32,606 nt of DNA, taken from a virus. Its lineage: Duplodnaviria; Caudoviricetes. The stretch lies in IMG/VR virus record IMGVR_UViG_3300017914_001789, positions 1 to 32,606 of that record; one strand, 5' to 3'. The position numbers and the translations under genes were made by a program. Positions within the stretch are counted from its first letter, which is position 1. Each line of letters opens with the position of its first letter. The notes under the pieces are model-generated. The model made no database searches, had not been told where the DNA came from, and saw only the letters and a program-made list of their open reading frames with translations. This document shows, in pieces, positions 1-9,185 of the stretch.

Positions 1-293
1 ATACCTCTCATGTATATACATGAATGCATGTTATCATCAAATGCAATACACTTTTCAGCACCGTAAAATTCTGCAAGGTGTAACAGACCACTGACACATG
101 TGCCTACTGCACAAACTGTTTTTCCAGCAACATTTTCTCTAAGATAGTCTTCGTATACACCATATCCCTCTATATTGAAAGCATTGGGGGTATGTCTTGT
201 CAAGTGTCCTAGTGATATCAACCAAAATGCCTCACCTCTATTTACACTAGGAATAGGAACTGTTTTATATTCTAAATTAATCTTCTCGAACAT
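1..293 (-). CDS. Partial CDS (runs off window): putative class I SAM-dependent methyltransferase-like protein
   Basis: Not in the ORF track. Manual translation from the ATG at 293 (overlapping the gp16 end) is open to base 1: MFEKINLEYK...ENVAGKTVCAVGTCVSGLLHLAEFYGAEKCIAFDDN. This resembles motif I and the following strand of PrmA/PRMT-type enzymes (GKTVLDVGxGxGxL...GAxKVxAxD), but is degenerate. Confidence 0.55.
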   Translation of the reverse strand, partial: MFEKINLEYKTVPIPSVNRGEAFWLISLGHLTRHTPNAFNIEGYGVYEDYLRENVAGKTVCAVGTCVSGLLHLAEFYGAEKCIAFDDNMHSCIYMRG

Positions 294-690
294 CTTTCTT
301 AGACTCCTTCTTTAAGAACTTTTGCAACTCACTTGTCGAACCTACATAAAGATGATTGTGCTGTGTTCTTACGGAACTATCTTCTTTTTCTAGGTCTTTC
401 AGTTTTTTCTGAATATCAATTAACTTCTCTGCAGTTTCAGATACAGTTTTGATAAGTTGACCAGCAACCTCGTATGCACGGGGATGTTCAGTTTCCTTTG
501 ATAGTTCTAGTATGCCGTCTATTGCATCTTGACCTCGTTCTACGAGATCATAGAGGTTCTCACGGGCATACCTGTAGTCTGTCTCGATGTTCTTTTCCCT
601 GTCGGGCATCTTGACCAATTTAGTTTCTTGTTTGATATCAGAATTGATATCAAGAAGATTGTTTAACTTGTCGTCTATTTCTTTTGCCAT
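277..690 (-). CDS. gp16: Terminase small subunit (T4 gp16-like)
   Basis: DYRYARENLY...EHPRAYEVAGQLIK...LYVGSTSELQKFLK is typical of T4-like marine phage gp16; follows gp15. Confidence 0.92.
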   Translation of the reverse strand: MAKEIDDKLNNLLDINSDIKQETKLVKMPDREKNIETDYRYARENLYDLVERGQDAIDGILELSKETEHPRAYEVAGQLIKTVSETAEKLIDIQKKLKDLEKEDSSVRTQHNHLYVGSTSELQKFLKKESKKDVRED

Positions 691-692
691 TA

Positions 693-1748
693 TTAACTAT
701 CATCACTTTCAAGGTCTTCCGAATACGTTGTATTACCACCCTCATCATAAAAACTCACAGTTTCAGCAACCACAAATGTATCTTCAGGGTCTACTGAACC
801 AACAAACTTTAGTTTAGTATTTGGTTCTAAGGTCACTGCATCACTCAATGTAATCGATAACCTATCACTTCCTATACTACTAACCGTAGGGTTAGGTGTT
901 AGGTTCGTTCCAAACACTTCATCACCAACACTTATCTTACTATTTATCGATGTGGTGAACGCCACTACTGGGGTACTAGAACTTGCGATAGATGAGGTTG
1001 CTTCAAATGCTGGTTCATAAGATTTGACTTCTTTGACCAGTCCTGAACTATTAATCTCAGTTGTTGTAAACCCAGCAGATACATTACTATTGATGTAATC
1101 TCTTTCGATAACGCTTTTGATAACCTCACCAGTGTAGACTGGGCCAAACATGTATAACTTCATTGTGAATTCTAATGTATATTCTATTACACGTCTTTCT
1201 TCGAATCCACCCGTATACATGTCTTCCATGGATACTGAGTTTAGAATGATAGGTACGTCTCTAACCTCAGACATACTATCAACCATTTTCATTGCAACGG
1301 TATACTCAGGTTGAAAATAAGGTAAAATTTGTTCTACAATTTGCAGTGCATCGATACCATTTTTTGCAAGAATCGAAAGTGTAAAATTGATGTTGTATGG
1401 TGCTGGTTGGTATTGATAACCTCTCTTACCTGAATCATCACTATCAAGACTTGCTTTATTTGTTCTTAGTAATTTGTTCTGTTGTCTTGATGGGTCATAC
1501 TCTAGACCTGTCATTTCAAATGCTAAACGAGGTAACGAGATAGAGGTAACACTACCGTCTCTCTTTTTCAAATCCTCATCTAATCTTGCAAGGAACTTTT
1601 GTTTTGGGCCATAGGATATGGGTACTTTCTGTTGAGTGAGTACAGTTCCGTCTGCTTTCGTTTTCTTGACATCAATGTTGTTAAACAGTGTACCGAAAAT
1701 CGAAATCGATCTCTTGATTGTTTCGTTATAAAAATATGTTCCAAACAT
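693..1748 (-). CDS. gp15: Tail sheath stabiliser / tail terminator (T4 gp15-like)
   Basis: YFYNETIKR..FGTLFNNI, VPISYGPKQKFLARL, LPRLAFE, QIVEQILPYFQP; gene order 13-14-15-16. Confidence 0.93.
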   Translation of the reverse strand: MFGTYFYNETIKRSISIFGTLFNNIDVKKTKADGTVLTQQKVPISYGPKQKFLARLDEDLKKRDGSVTSISLPRLAFEMTGLEYDPSRQQNKLLRTNKASLDSDDSGKRGYQYQPAPYNINFTLSILAKNGIDALQIVEQILPYFQPEYTVAMKMVDSMSEVRDVPIILNSVSMEDMYTGGFEERRVIEYTLEFTMKLYMFGPVYTGEVIKSVIERDYINSNVSAGFTTTEINSSGLVKEVKSYEPAFEATSSIASSSTPVVAFTTSINSKISVGDEVFGTNLTPNPTVSSIGSDRLSITLSDAVTLEPNTKLKFVGSVDPEDTFVVAETVSFYDEGGNTTYSEDLESDDS

Positions 1749-2608
1749 TATGGTTCACCAAATGGATTCACTTCACTAAAGTCAAGATATGAACTATCCT
1801 GATCTTCAAATTCTTTGTTCTGTGCTTTACCATCATTTTCGAATGTCAATACATCCGTAATACTTTCGATTGTTCTTGAAGTTTCAGATGACACACCTGT
1901 AAGCACATCCCCAACTTGTAGAGTTTTTGTGTTGTCTTTAATGGTAAGTCTTCTTGATTGTGGTTCCCAAAGTAAGACCTCACCAACTGTTGTTGCAACT
2001 CCATCTACTGGTAGAGTTACGTTCTCACCATTAGTGAAGTTACCTGAAGCATCTGTCATGACCATCTCAATTGTGTATGCATTGTCTGATTCCACCAAGT
2101 CTGCAGAAGTTCCAGTATCGAAATCTTCGTTTGAGTATTCGAACAATGAACAACGGAGTTTGAAAACAAACAGTTTTCCAAGTTGATAGAATGGGTCTTG
2201 GTCTTCTACAAATCTAATTTCAAACAGTGAACCTGAAAGAGGGAAGTAAATTAAATCACCCTCGTTAGGTCTTAATGATGTGGCAAGATTACCGTCTAGG
2301 GAAATAAATCTTTCCCATGTTCTTAATGATATTACAAATGTTGCTTCTTCTTGAATCTGTACACCAAACTTAGATACGAGATCGCCTTCACCCTCAAATC
2401 CTTCGGTGTTTTCTAAATACATCTCGACTTCATATGCATCACCAAATTTTGATTGTACATCGTCACCTAGGATAGTATCTTCTTCAACTACCTCTCTAGG
2501 TAAGTACAATACATCATGACCATAGAATCGTAATGATTCTACAACTAAGTCTTCGTATAAATGCTGTTCAGTTTTAACAGCATGATTAAAATAAACATTT
2601 GTAGGCAT
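1748..2608 (-). CDS. gp14: Neck / head-closure protein (T4 gp14-like)
   Basis: EQHLYEDLVVES, YLPR, SKFG, RPNEGDLIYFP, PFYQLGK, C-terminal DFSEVNPFG. Confidence 0.93.
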   Translation of the reverse strand: MPTNVYFNHAVKTEQHLYEDLVVESLRFYGHDVLYLPREVVEEDTILGDDVQSKFGDAYEVEMYLENTEGFEGEGDLVSKFGVQIQEEATFVISLRTWERFISLDGNLATSLRPNEGDLIYFPLSGSLFEIRFVEDQDPFYQLGKLFVFKLRCSLFEYSNEDFDTGTSADLVESDNAYTIEMVMTDASGNFTNGENVTLPVDGVATTVGEVLLWEPQSRRLTIKDNTKTLQVGDVLTGVSSETSRTIESITDVLTFENDGKAQNKEFEDQDSSYLDFSEVNPFGEP

Positions 2609-2612
2609 TCAA

Positions 2613-3428
2613 TTACCCCATTAAATCCATGACGGGAAGTTCGTAGTTCAATCTACTTTCTTCTTCGAGTTTTGTGATCTCCTCTTGTGCTTGTGATTTC
2701 ATCTCTGATGCATCCATCGTCACCCCGCCTGGCAATGCAATCCCATTAAACTTAGATAAGTTTTCACCCCACTGATATTTGACTAATGCAGTTGCATATC
2801 TCTTTAACCACATATCGTTGTAAATATCTGTAAAATCTGTAGGGTCAATCTTTCTATGACACTCGATTATGACATATTGATCTTTTGTTAGTGCTTTCAC
2901 ATCCATGTCTAAGTACAATCTGTTCATGTGCTGTTTATACCTAACAGGTGTTCTACCAACAAGAATGTTATCTAATAATGATAAGTGTTGTTGCACCATT
3001 TCATAGTGTAGAATATTTGTTGATGATAGATCGTAGAGATCATTCAATCTTAGTTGATACCTAAGATCGAACATGTTTAGATTGTGTTTATCATGGAAGG
3101 GAAAAATTCTATTTACAGCAAGAACAAAATCAGGTAAAACGATGTAGTTTTTCTGTTGTAAAACTTGTTCATCGTCATAGTCTTGGTTACCAGCAGATGA
3201 CTCAGTGAATGTTTCATTCTCTAACATACCATCTTTTTTGGTCTGAGTGATTAGGTGTTTAAGATAAACTCTTATTGAACCGTCATAATGATATTCTTGG
3301 AAGTATTGAATGGCCTCATCAATTCTATCATCGAATTGATCATCGTCTACGTTAATCTCTAAAACTGGAGCTCCCAGTTTTCTCTTAATGTATTCTTTTA
3401 GTGATGATTTACTGTTCGGTGTTGCCAT
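2613..3428 (-). CDS. gp13: Neck protein / head-tail adaptor (T4 gp13-like)
   Basis: LKEYIKRKLGAPVLEINVDDDQ, WLKRYATALVKYQWGENLSKF, LPGGVT. Confidence 0.93.
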   Translation of the reverse strand: MATPNSKSSLKEYIKRKLGAPVLEINVDDDQFDDRIDEAIQYFQEYHYDGSIRVYLKHLITQTKKDGMLENETFTESSAGNQDYDDEQVLQQKNYIVLPDFVLAVNRIFPFHDKHNLNMFDLRYQLRLNDLYDLSSTNILHYEMVQQHLSLLDNILVGRTPVRYKQHMNRLYLDMDVKALTKDQYVIIECHRKIDPTDFTDIYNDMWLKRYATALVKYQWGENLSKFNGIALPGGVTMDASEMKSQAQEEITKLEEESRLNYELPVMDLMG

Positions 3429-3463
3429 AATAGTAGTATTCCTGTCTTATACTACTATTTATG
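3429..3463 (-). promoter_or_regulatory. Late promoter variant (CATAAATA, 3456-3463) overlapping an 11-bp hairpin abutting the gp13 start codon
   Basis: The minus strand reads CATA-AATAGTAGTAT-AAGACAGGA-ATACTACTATT-ATG, a perfect inverted repeat at 3429-3439/3449-3459. Confidence 0.7.
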
Positions 3464-3469
3464 CGTTTT

Positions 3470-3730
3470 TTATTCTTGGAAATAAGTTTTTGCTTGGAAT
3501 CGATCTAACTTCTCATCGATCTTCTGAATAGAGGAAAGAACTCTTTCGAAATCTGCTTCGATTTGTTCTCTTGTTGCGTAGTCTCTTGCGATCTCTTCTC
3601 TTGTTTTATTTACAAGAATATCGAGTCTTTTCTGCTCAGATAAGACTGTACGGATTAAGAAACCTAAAGGTACAATGACTACAGTCATTACTAGGTTCCA
3701 TAAAAGATAAGGTGAGATGACTACTTCCAT
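3470..3730 (-). CDS. Small membrane protein (N-terminal hydrophobic helix plus predicted coiled coil)
   Basis: Hydrophobic segment YLLWNLVMTVVIVPLGFLI followed by a charged heptad-like region. Confidence 0.65.
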   Translation of the reverse strand: MEVVISPYLLWNLVMTVVIVPLGFLIRTVLSEQKRLDILVNKTREEIARDYATREQIEADFERVLSSIQKIDEKLDRFQAKTYFQE

Positions 3731-3735
3731 ACCAG

Positions 3736-3743
3736 TATTTATG
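3736..3743 (-). promoter_or_regulatory. T4-type late promoter variant CATAAATA
   Basis: Intergenic, 5 nt upstream of the ATG at 3730. Confidence 0.5.
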
Positions 3744-3755
3744 AAAATAGACTTG

Positions 3756-4427
3756 TTACTTTACTAAATGATCGTTGACAATTTCAAATTTGTTCCAATC
3801 TGCATCCTGTAGAGCAACAGTATTCATGGACATTCTGTGTGTTACAGCATTAAATGCAATACTGTATCGGTCTTTATCTGTTAGGTTAGGTTCCACCATA
3901 TGCATCATTGCACTAGGAAATAGTAGCAAGGTTCCTGTTTTTGGATAAATCACATGATTTTCTCTGTGTTTAAATCCTGCTGGATGATCTGCAACTACTT
4001 TGTCATCAGTATCAATTGCTACAAAGGCACCTTCATCACCGTCTGCATGTACATAAAAGGCACCACTATACCAACATCCATTGTGTTTGTGTGGAGAGTT
4101 CCATGCACCCTTGTCGTTTATATTAGCCCATACATTACCCAATGACATACTTGCTTCCATGGGATTACATCCTATGAATGGGATGACTTCTTGATTTAAT
4201 TTGTCTTTAATTATGCGATGAAGCTTCGTCCAAGCAGGTCTTCTTTCAAATCCATCATCTGATTGCCAACCAGTGTATTGATTTGAAACCTTTCTACCTA
4301 CGGGGTCTTTTCTTCGAGCTGCATCCATATCGTCCTTTAAAGAACGTAGATACTTCTTCGTCACTAATCCTTCCTCTAGTAAGTCATATTCAAACAAGAA
4401 GGTAGGAAACAATAATCTAACTGACAT
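3756..4427 (-). CDS. Putative 2OG-Fe(II) oxygenase (TIGR02466-like)
   Basis: LFPT start, WANIN..GAWNSPHKH...SGAFY, P..GTLLLFPS..MHMVEPN...RYSIAFN. Confidence 0.85.
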   Translation of the reverse strand: MSVRLLFPTFLFEYDLLEEGLVTKKYLRSLKDDMDAARRKDPVGRKVSNQYTGWQSDDGFERRPAWTKLHRIIKDKLNQEVIPFIGCNPMEASMSLGNVWANINDKGAWNSPHKHNGCWYSGAFYVHADGDEGAFVAIDTDDKVVADHPAGFKHRENHVIYPKTGTLLLFPSAMMHMVEPNLTDKDRYSIAFNAVTHRMSMNTVALQDADWNKFEIVNDHLVK

Positions 4428-4428
4428 A

Positions 4429-5340
4429 TTAATCTCTATCTATTTTTTTAGACTCCGACCCGTCCCAATTTAAGTCTGTTTGACTTCTCTGTACATCGTT
4501 GAAGTCTTTATGAGCTGGACACTCAGGGGGTGGAACTTCTTCGGGAGAACTAAAAAACTTATGTTTTGGTTCCCACATTTTACTCTTCCTATACCCACCT
4601 ATGTTAACCATTTCGGGATTGATCTCTTTATGTTCTGTGTTCACTAATCCTAAATCTCTCTGCCATTTTTGCATACTATCGGGATTGATAGCATGATTTT
4701 CGTGCCATTGTTCAGCATCTGCATAATAGTATGTAGATGCCCACTTTTCTCTCTTGAAGGGAAACACTTGACATATGGGTGTTCCAGCTGGTATAATAAA
4801 TGAATGATCACATTTAGGATAAAAAATTATCTGTGCATTATCTAAATTCACATTGAAAGAATCCGTGTCGATGACACCTTGCCAACATGCAAAGTATTTA
4901 TTCTGAAAAAGAAACGGGTCTAAGAAAAGTACAGAATAATCTTTTGGTGTAATCATATTCCATGGTGATGATATCTTAAATGCATCTTTCACTGGGCCAT
5001 CTGAACCCATATACTCGATTGAATCTAACATCTGAGAAGCAGGATGTGATTGAGAGAATAATTGTGAAGTCTTTTCTGTACTAAACTTCTCACTATTATC
5101 GGGGAAGTTCCAATCCAATCCGTTTCTTATGGGTATATCCTGTGTTGCAACTATGTAATATCCCATAGTTAACCAGTCTTGCATTGCTGGACAGGAACGA
5201 ATAGTTTGTGCAATTCTTCCTCTATGATCTACTTTAACTTTCTCTTTCTTCCACCACTCAGGTTGATAATCTTTAGCTGCCACAGGTCTAAAGAATTCAA
5301 ATGCATCTTTTTGAAAGGTTCTAAATTCAATAGTCGGCAT
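4429..5340 (-). CDS. Conserved phage protein often found in oxygenase clusters (DUF6065-like, dUTPase-like fold suspected)
   Basis: PEWWK, TIRSCPAMQDWLTMGY, PWNMITPKDYSVLF, GVIDTD, IPAGTPICQVFPFKRE. Confidence 0.6.
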   Translation of the reverse strand: MPTIEFRTFQKDAFEFFRPVAAKDYQPEWWKKEKVKVDHRGRIAQTIRSCPAMQDWLTMGYYIVATQDIPIRNGLDWNFPDNSEKFSTEKTSQLFSQSHPASQMLDSIEYMGSDGPVKDAFKISSPWNMITPKDYSVLFLDPFLFQNKYFACWQGVIDTDSFNVNLDNAQIIFYPKCDHSFIIPAGTPICQVFPFKREKWASTYYYADAEQWHENHAINPDSMQKWQRDLGLVNTEHKEINPEMVNIGGYRKSKMWEPKHKFFSSPEEVPPPECPAHKDFNDVQRSQTDLNWDGSESKKIDRD

Positions 5341-6034
5341 ACTTATCTCTCTTATCGTGTAGTTCTACTTCATCACCTCGAATAACAATAGACTTCCTAT
5401 CTATATATCTTGCTGATTCATGTGGTGCTTCTGCACCGTGATTGATTCTTCCGTCAAACATTAGCAATCGATTAGGCACAAAGTCAACACTTCCAATTTC
5501 TAAATGATTCATCTCTTCTAAGATACCACCATTAACCATGTCACTGTAAAATCTTAATTTACCACCCCAGTTAGGATTCCACCATGTGTTAGGATAATAC
5601 AAGAAAGACAAATTCCACTCATCATCCATAGAACAATCTGAATGACATGTTCCATACTGCCCATGGGTTTGAGAATTCCCTCCAGCATATTGGAATCGAA
5701 CCCATCTAAAACCAAAGTCTGTTTGTAGTCTTCGGTTTAACCACCTGATTAAATGATTTGGATGACCATTTTTTCCACTTAAATATCCATCATTCTGATT
5801 AACACCTTGTATGAATGAACACCCCCATAACTGATGATTAGGTAATCCACCTCTACCATCATTAGGGTCACCATTCACTTGGTTAGTTTTTTGCCATGCA
5901 CAATTATATAAAAAAGTATTCACTGCTCTATGCAGTGAAGCTTCTAGATAATTGTCTATAACATAGATATTGTTACCTAGAGGCATTTCCGATATACGGA
6001 AAGGCTCATCTAGATAATGGATGTTTAAGTCCAT
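5327..6034 (-). CDS. 2OG-Fe(II) oxygenase, prolyl-hydroxylase-like
   Basis: HxD (CHSD), LYYPN.WW...WGGKLRF, PNRLLMFDGRINH, distal R (RKSIV). Confidence 0.85.
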   Translation of the reverse strand: MDLNIHYLDEPFRISEMPLGNNIYVIDNYLEASLHRAVNTFLYNCAWQKTNQVNGDPNDGRGGLPNHQLWGCSFIQGVNQNDGYLSGKNGHPNHLIRWLNRRLQTDFGFRWVRFQYAGGNSQTHGQYGTCHSDCSMDDEWNLSFLYYPNTWWNPNWGGKLRFYSDMVNGGILEEMNHLEIGSVDFVPNRLLMFDGRINHGAEAPHESARYIDRKSIVIRGDEVELHDKRDKYADY

Positions 6035-6586
6035 TTAGTTTTGATGTGATGTTGAAGGTGGTGGTAATTGCATTAGATAATCTTCTAGAGGACGAAGAGT
6101 ATCTTCTCTTGTAACAGCTATTTCTTGATATATACCCTCGGCCACAGATGCAATTGCATCTGCATATTCTAATGCTCTTCTTGCATTCGATCTATGAGGA
6201 TGTGCTGAACCTTCTCTTGCAGCAATCAATACTTCCACCATATCATCAAATCCGTATCTTTCACATTGTTGAAAGGTGTTGTTTCTAACAACTTCAGTAA
6301 TTCTATTTACGAATTGCTGGTTTAGACTAACACCCATAGGTGGTTCTGCATTAAGGATGTATGCTTCAACAGCGTCTTTTTCTGTTTCAGAAAGAGGAAG
6401 TCTTTCCTGTTCTTCTAAAGTTAGATTAGAATCCCACTTTTCAATTTTGCACTCGATCTCATCATAGATGAGTACATCATATTCAAATCCCAACTCAGGG
6501 GCATCAACACTTTCGTGTCTCCATTCTAACCCGTTTTCTTTTCTAATAAACAGGTTTCCAAATTCACAATAAACAAATGCATTCAT
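6035..6586 (-). CDS. Hypothetical protein (possibly tail-fibre-assembly-like)
   Basis: Acidic 183-aa ORF in the operon, abutting the next gene; no motif recognised with confidence. Confidence 0.6.
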   Translation of the reverse strand: MNAFVYCEFGNLFIRKENGLEWRHESVDAPELGFEYDVLIYDEIECKIEKWDSNLTLEEQERLPLSETEKDAVEAYILNAEPPMGVSLNQQFVNRITEVVRNNTFQQCERYGFDDMVEVLIAAREGSAHPHRSNARRALEYADAIASVAEGIYQEIAVTREDTLRPLEDYLMQLPPPSTSHQN

Positions 6587-6626
6587 AGTATCTCCATTAT
6601 AACATAGTAAGTAAAATTAAGCAAGA

Positions 6627-8183
6627 CTATTTCATTCGTCTGTACTTATCATATGTGTCTAACATATTTATGTGGGAATAATTCATCCCTTCTATCCAAG
6701 GCCCACCCCTTGTATAGTGAACTGCATGATGTGTTTCTAATAGTTTTTCATCATACCCTTCAGTACAAATCTTATGGCCTGGAATCTCACTGATCTTGTC
6801 TGTCCATTCAAACTGATGTAGGTACTGACCACTAGCAGTATTTACAACTTCAGGTGTAAGTTTCCTACAGTCTTCATGACCGTTATTGAATATCATCATA
6901 CTTGACCATAATTTTTTCGGATATGCAACATTCTTTTGACCATCCATTTTAGTTTCTTCATGATTTTTAAAATCGTATTGTACACATGCTAAAGCATGAC
7001 TAGGGTCTAAAAAATAGAAGAGAGACATGGGATTTAGTTGCCACACATAGTCATCATCTATGAAGAAACTGAACCCCTCGTAATTTTCAAGGTAAGGTAT
7101 TAGAAATCTACTGTAGGTGAATTCAGTAGATTGATTTGCATATTCTCTATTATAATCCTTTAATTCAGCAATGTCAAGTTTTTTCACTTCCACTTTGTAG
7201 TCATTGAAGAATTCTGCACAAACCCCTCCCGACTTAGATTTTTCTATAGAATGATGAATAGATTTTTCTGCAGCTTCATATATACCTTTATGAGAAGAGT
7301 CGTAACCTAGATATATGTTTACAGGTTTCTTCTTACATAATTTAGTGACTCGTCTGTTGAATTCAAATACTTCCTCTCTAAAATCCATCCCAGCAACTGT
7401 CGATAATGACCACTCGAATTTTCCTTCTGAAACATAGATTGCAGATAGAGACCCTTCACCATTTCCTAGTTCTTTCCAATAATTTATCAACTCATCAAAT
7501 GTTAAAGCGGGAACATCTTTAAATGTATCTGCATAATCTGTCACTATAGTTTCAAAATCAGGATTGTCAATCGTCTCCATGACCTTACTTCTAATAGAGC
7601 CTGGGTGTATTGATAGAGAATATTCAAATCCAGTATTAGTATGTGTATGCCCTTGGATAGGATGTCTCATCCCTTCCTTTTGCATACTGTTCATTAACCA
7701 ATGACCTTTTGCAGCGTGATAGTAACAAGAAGATAACGAGTTCTCCTCTTGAGGATTCAACTGATTGCAATCTTCATGATCACTTACAGTGGATAACCAT
7801 TGATACTCTCCATCTGCATTCATGAAATCCATAGACCCACCACCGATAGGATGTCCTTCTCTTAACTTTTCTGTCCAACCATGATGAAGATATCTATGAT
7901 ATAGGATTGAATTGTGGTGCATTTGACCAAATGTGGTCAATCTCTTTTCATTTATAAGAGGTCGAATTTTACTCCATGGAACTAATTTTATATCAGGCAT
8001 TTCATTAAAGATATGTTCCCATATCTGTAATACAGTCTTTGCCTCATCTCTATCAAGAAATCTAAAATCCACTTGACCTAGATTGATTGCTGGTTCTCCC
8101 CTAGGTGGAGCTCCAGCAGTATCTAAGGACACTCTCCAAGTTCTACTGCGTGCTTGTTCTAAATTCTCAATCTTGTTTAACAT
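6627..8183 (-). CDS. Two-domain protein: unknown N-terminal domain plus C-terminal GT-A glycosyltransferase
   Basis: C-terminal half: IYLGYDS, QSTEFTYSRFLIPYL, FIDDD (DxD), KKLWSSMMIFN, YLHQFEW, HYTRGGPW. Confidence 0.8.
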   Translation of the reverse strand: MLNKIENLEQARSRTWRVSLDTAGAPPRGEPAINLGQVDFRFLDRDEAKTVLQIWEHIFNEMPDIKLVPWSKIRPLINEKRLTTFGQMHHNSILYHRYLHHGWTEKLREGHPIGGGSMDFMNADGEYQWLSTVSDHEDCNQLNPQEENSLSSCYYHAAKGHWLMNSMQKEGMRHPIQGHTHTNTGFEYSLSIHPGSIRSKVMETIDNPDFETIVTDYADTFKDVPALTFDELINYWKELGNGEGSLSAIYVSEGKFEWSLSTVAGMDFREEVFEFNRRVTKLCKKKPVNIYLGYDSSHKGIYEAAEKSIHHSIEKSKSGGVCAEFFNDYKVEVKKLDIAELKDYNREYANQSTEFTYSRFLIPYLENYEGFSFFIDDDYVWQLNPMSLFYFLDPSHALACVQYDFKNHEETKMDGQKNVAYPKKLWSSMMIFNNGHEDCRKLTPEVVNTASGQYLHQFEWTDKISEIPGHKICTEGYDEKLLETHHAVHYTRGGPWIEGMNYSHINMLDTYDKYRRMK

Positions 8184-8188
8184 GAGAA

Positions 8189-8196
8189 TATTTAGT
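8189..8196 (-). promoter_or_regulatory. Possible late promoter variant ACTAAATA
   Basis: Intergenic, 5 nt upstream of the glycosyltransferase ATG. Confidence 0.4.
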
Positions 8197-8204
8197 GGTT
8201 TATT

Positions 8205-9167
8205 TTATGAGGAAATCGGAGTTGCCGGCCACTGTTGGTTTACATCACCATCCCATCTTGCCTCAGGAGTTCTACCTTGTCTTGCATAAGTGAATGGAGA
8301 CCTATGTTGATAAGTAGATGGTTGTTGACCCTGTCTTGAGTATGTCGATGGACTTCTATACGAATAGGTATCAGGAGTTTGACCTTGTCGGGCATATGTA
8401 AACGGAGACCTATGATCGTATGTTACAGGTGTACCACCGATTGCTGGATATGTAAACGGAGACCTATGATCATAGGTAAACGGTGTCTGACTGTTCCTAA
8501 TATTAGGCTCTTGTTGATCTCTAATGTTAGGTTGCTGATTACTTCTGATATTAGGTTCTTGAGCAGACACAGGATTCTGATAGGTAAACGGTGATCTATG
8601 ATCATAAGTGAATGGTGTCTGATTGTTTCTGATATTAGGTTCTTGCTGATCTCTAATGTTAGGTTGCTGATTGTTTCTAATATTAGGTTCTTGTCCATTC
8701 ACAGGATTTCTATAGGTAAACGGTGACCTGTGATCATAGGTAAACGGTGTCTGACTGTTCCTAATGTTAGGTTGCTGATTGTTTCTAATATTAGGTTCTT
8801 GAGCACTTCTAATATTAGGTTCTTGAGCAGATACAGGGTTTCTATAGGTAAACGGAACCCTATGGTTATAGGTAAACGGTGATCTAAACGATGCTTGGTA
8901 AGTAAACGGTGACCTAAACGATACTTGGTAAGTAAACGGTGATCTAAACGCTACCTGATATGTAGACGGCTGTCTTGCATTCGCAGGATATGTAAACGGA
9001 TTCTGTGCATTATAGGTAAATGGACTCTGTCCATTTGCTGGATAAGTAAACGGATTCTGTGCGTTATAAGTAAACGGACTCTGACCGTTTGCTGGATAAG
9101 TAAACGGAGCCTGAAAAGTAAACGGAACAGGTTGTCTTGCTTGTCCGATGTAAGGTTGTTGTGCCAT
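8205..9167 (-). CDS. Pro/Gln/Tyr/Thr-rich repeat protein (zipper chain B), putative virion fibre
   Basis: Residues 5-300 are 36 Pro-initiated units of 6/8/10 aa (PFTYDHRS, PNIRxxQx, PVSAQE, PFTYARQGxx); GGAGG upstream. Confidence 0.8.
   Translation of the reverse strand: MAQQPYIGQARQPVPFTFQAPFTYPANGQSPFTYNAQNPFTYPANGQSPFTYNAQNPFTYPANARQPSTYQVAFRSPFTYQVSFRSPFTYQASFRSPFTYNHRVPFTYRNPVSAQEPNIRSAQEPNIRNNQQPNIRNSQTPFTYDHRSPFTYRNPVNGQEPNIRNNQQPNIRDQQEPNIRNNQTPFTYDHRSPFTYQNPVSAQEPNIRSNQQPNIRDQQEPNIRNSQTPFTYDHRSPFTYPAIGGTPVTYDHRSPFTYARQGQTPDTYSYRSPSTYSRQGQQPSTYQHRSPFTYARQGRTPEARWDGDVNQQWPATPISS
8268..9155 (-). repeat. Coding repeat tract, 888 nt (296 aa), including three 132-nt blocks
   Basis: Units parsed and counted manually from the translation. 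Confidence 0.85.
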
Positions 9168-9185
9168 CTTAAGTCATATCCTCCA

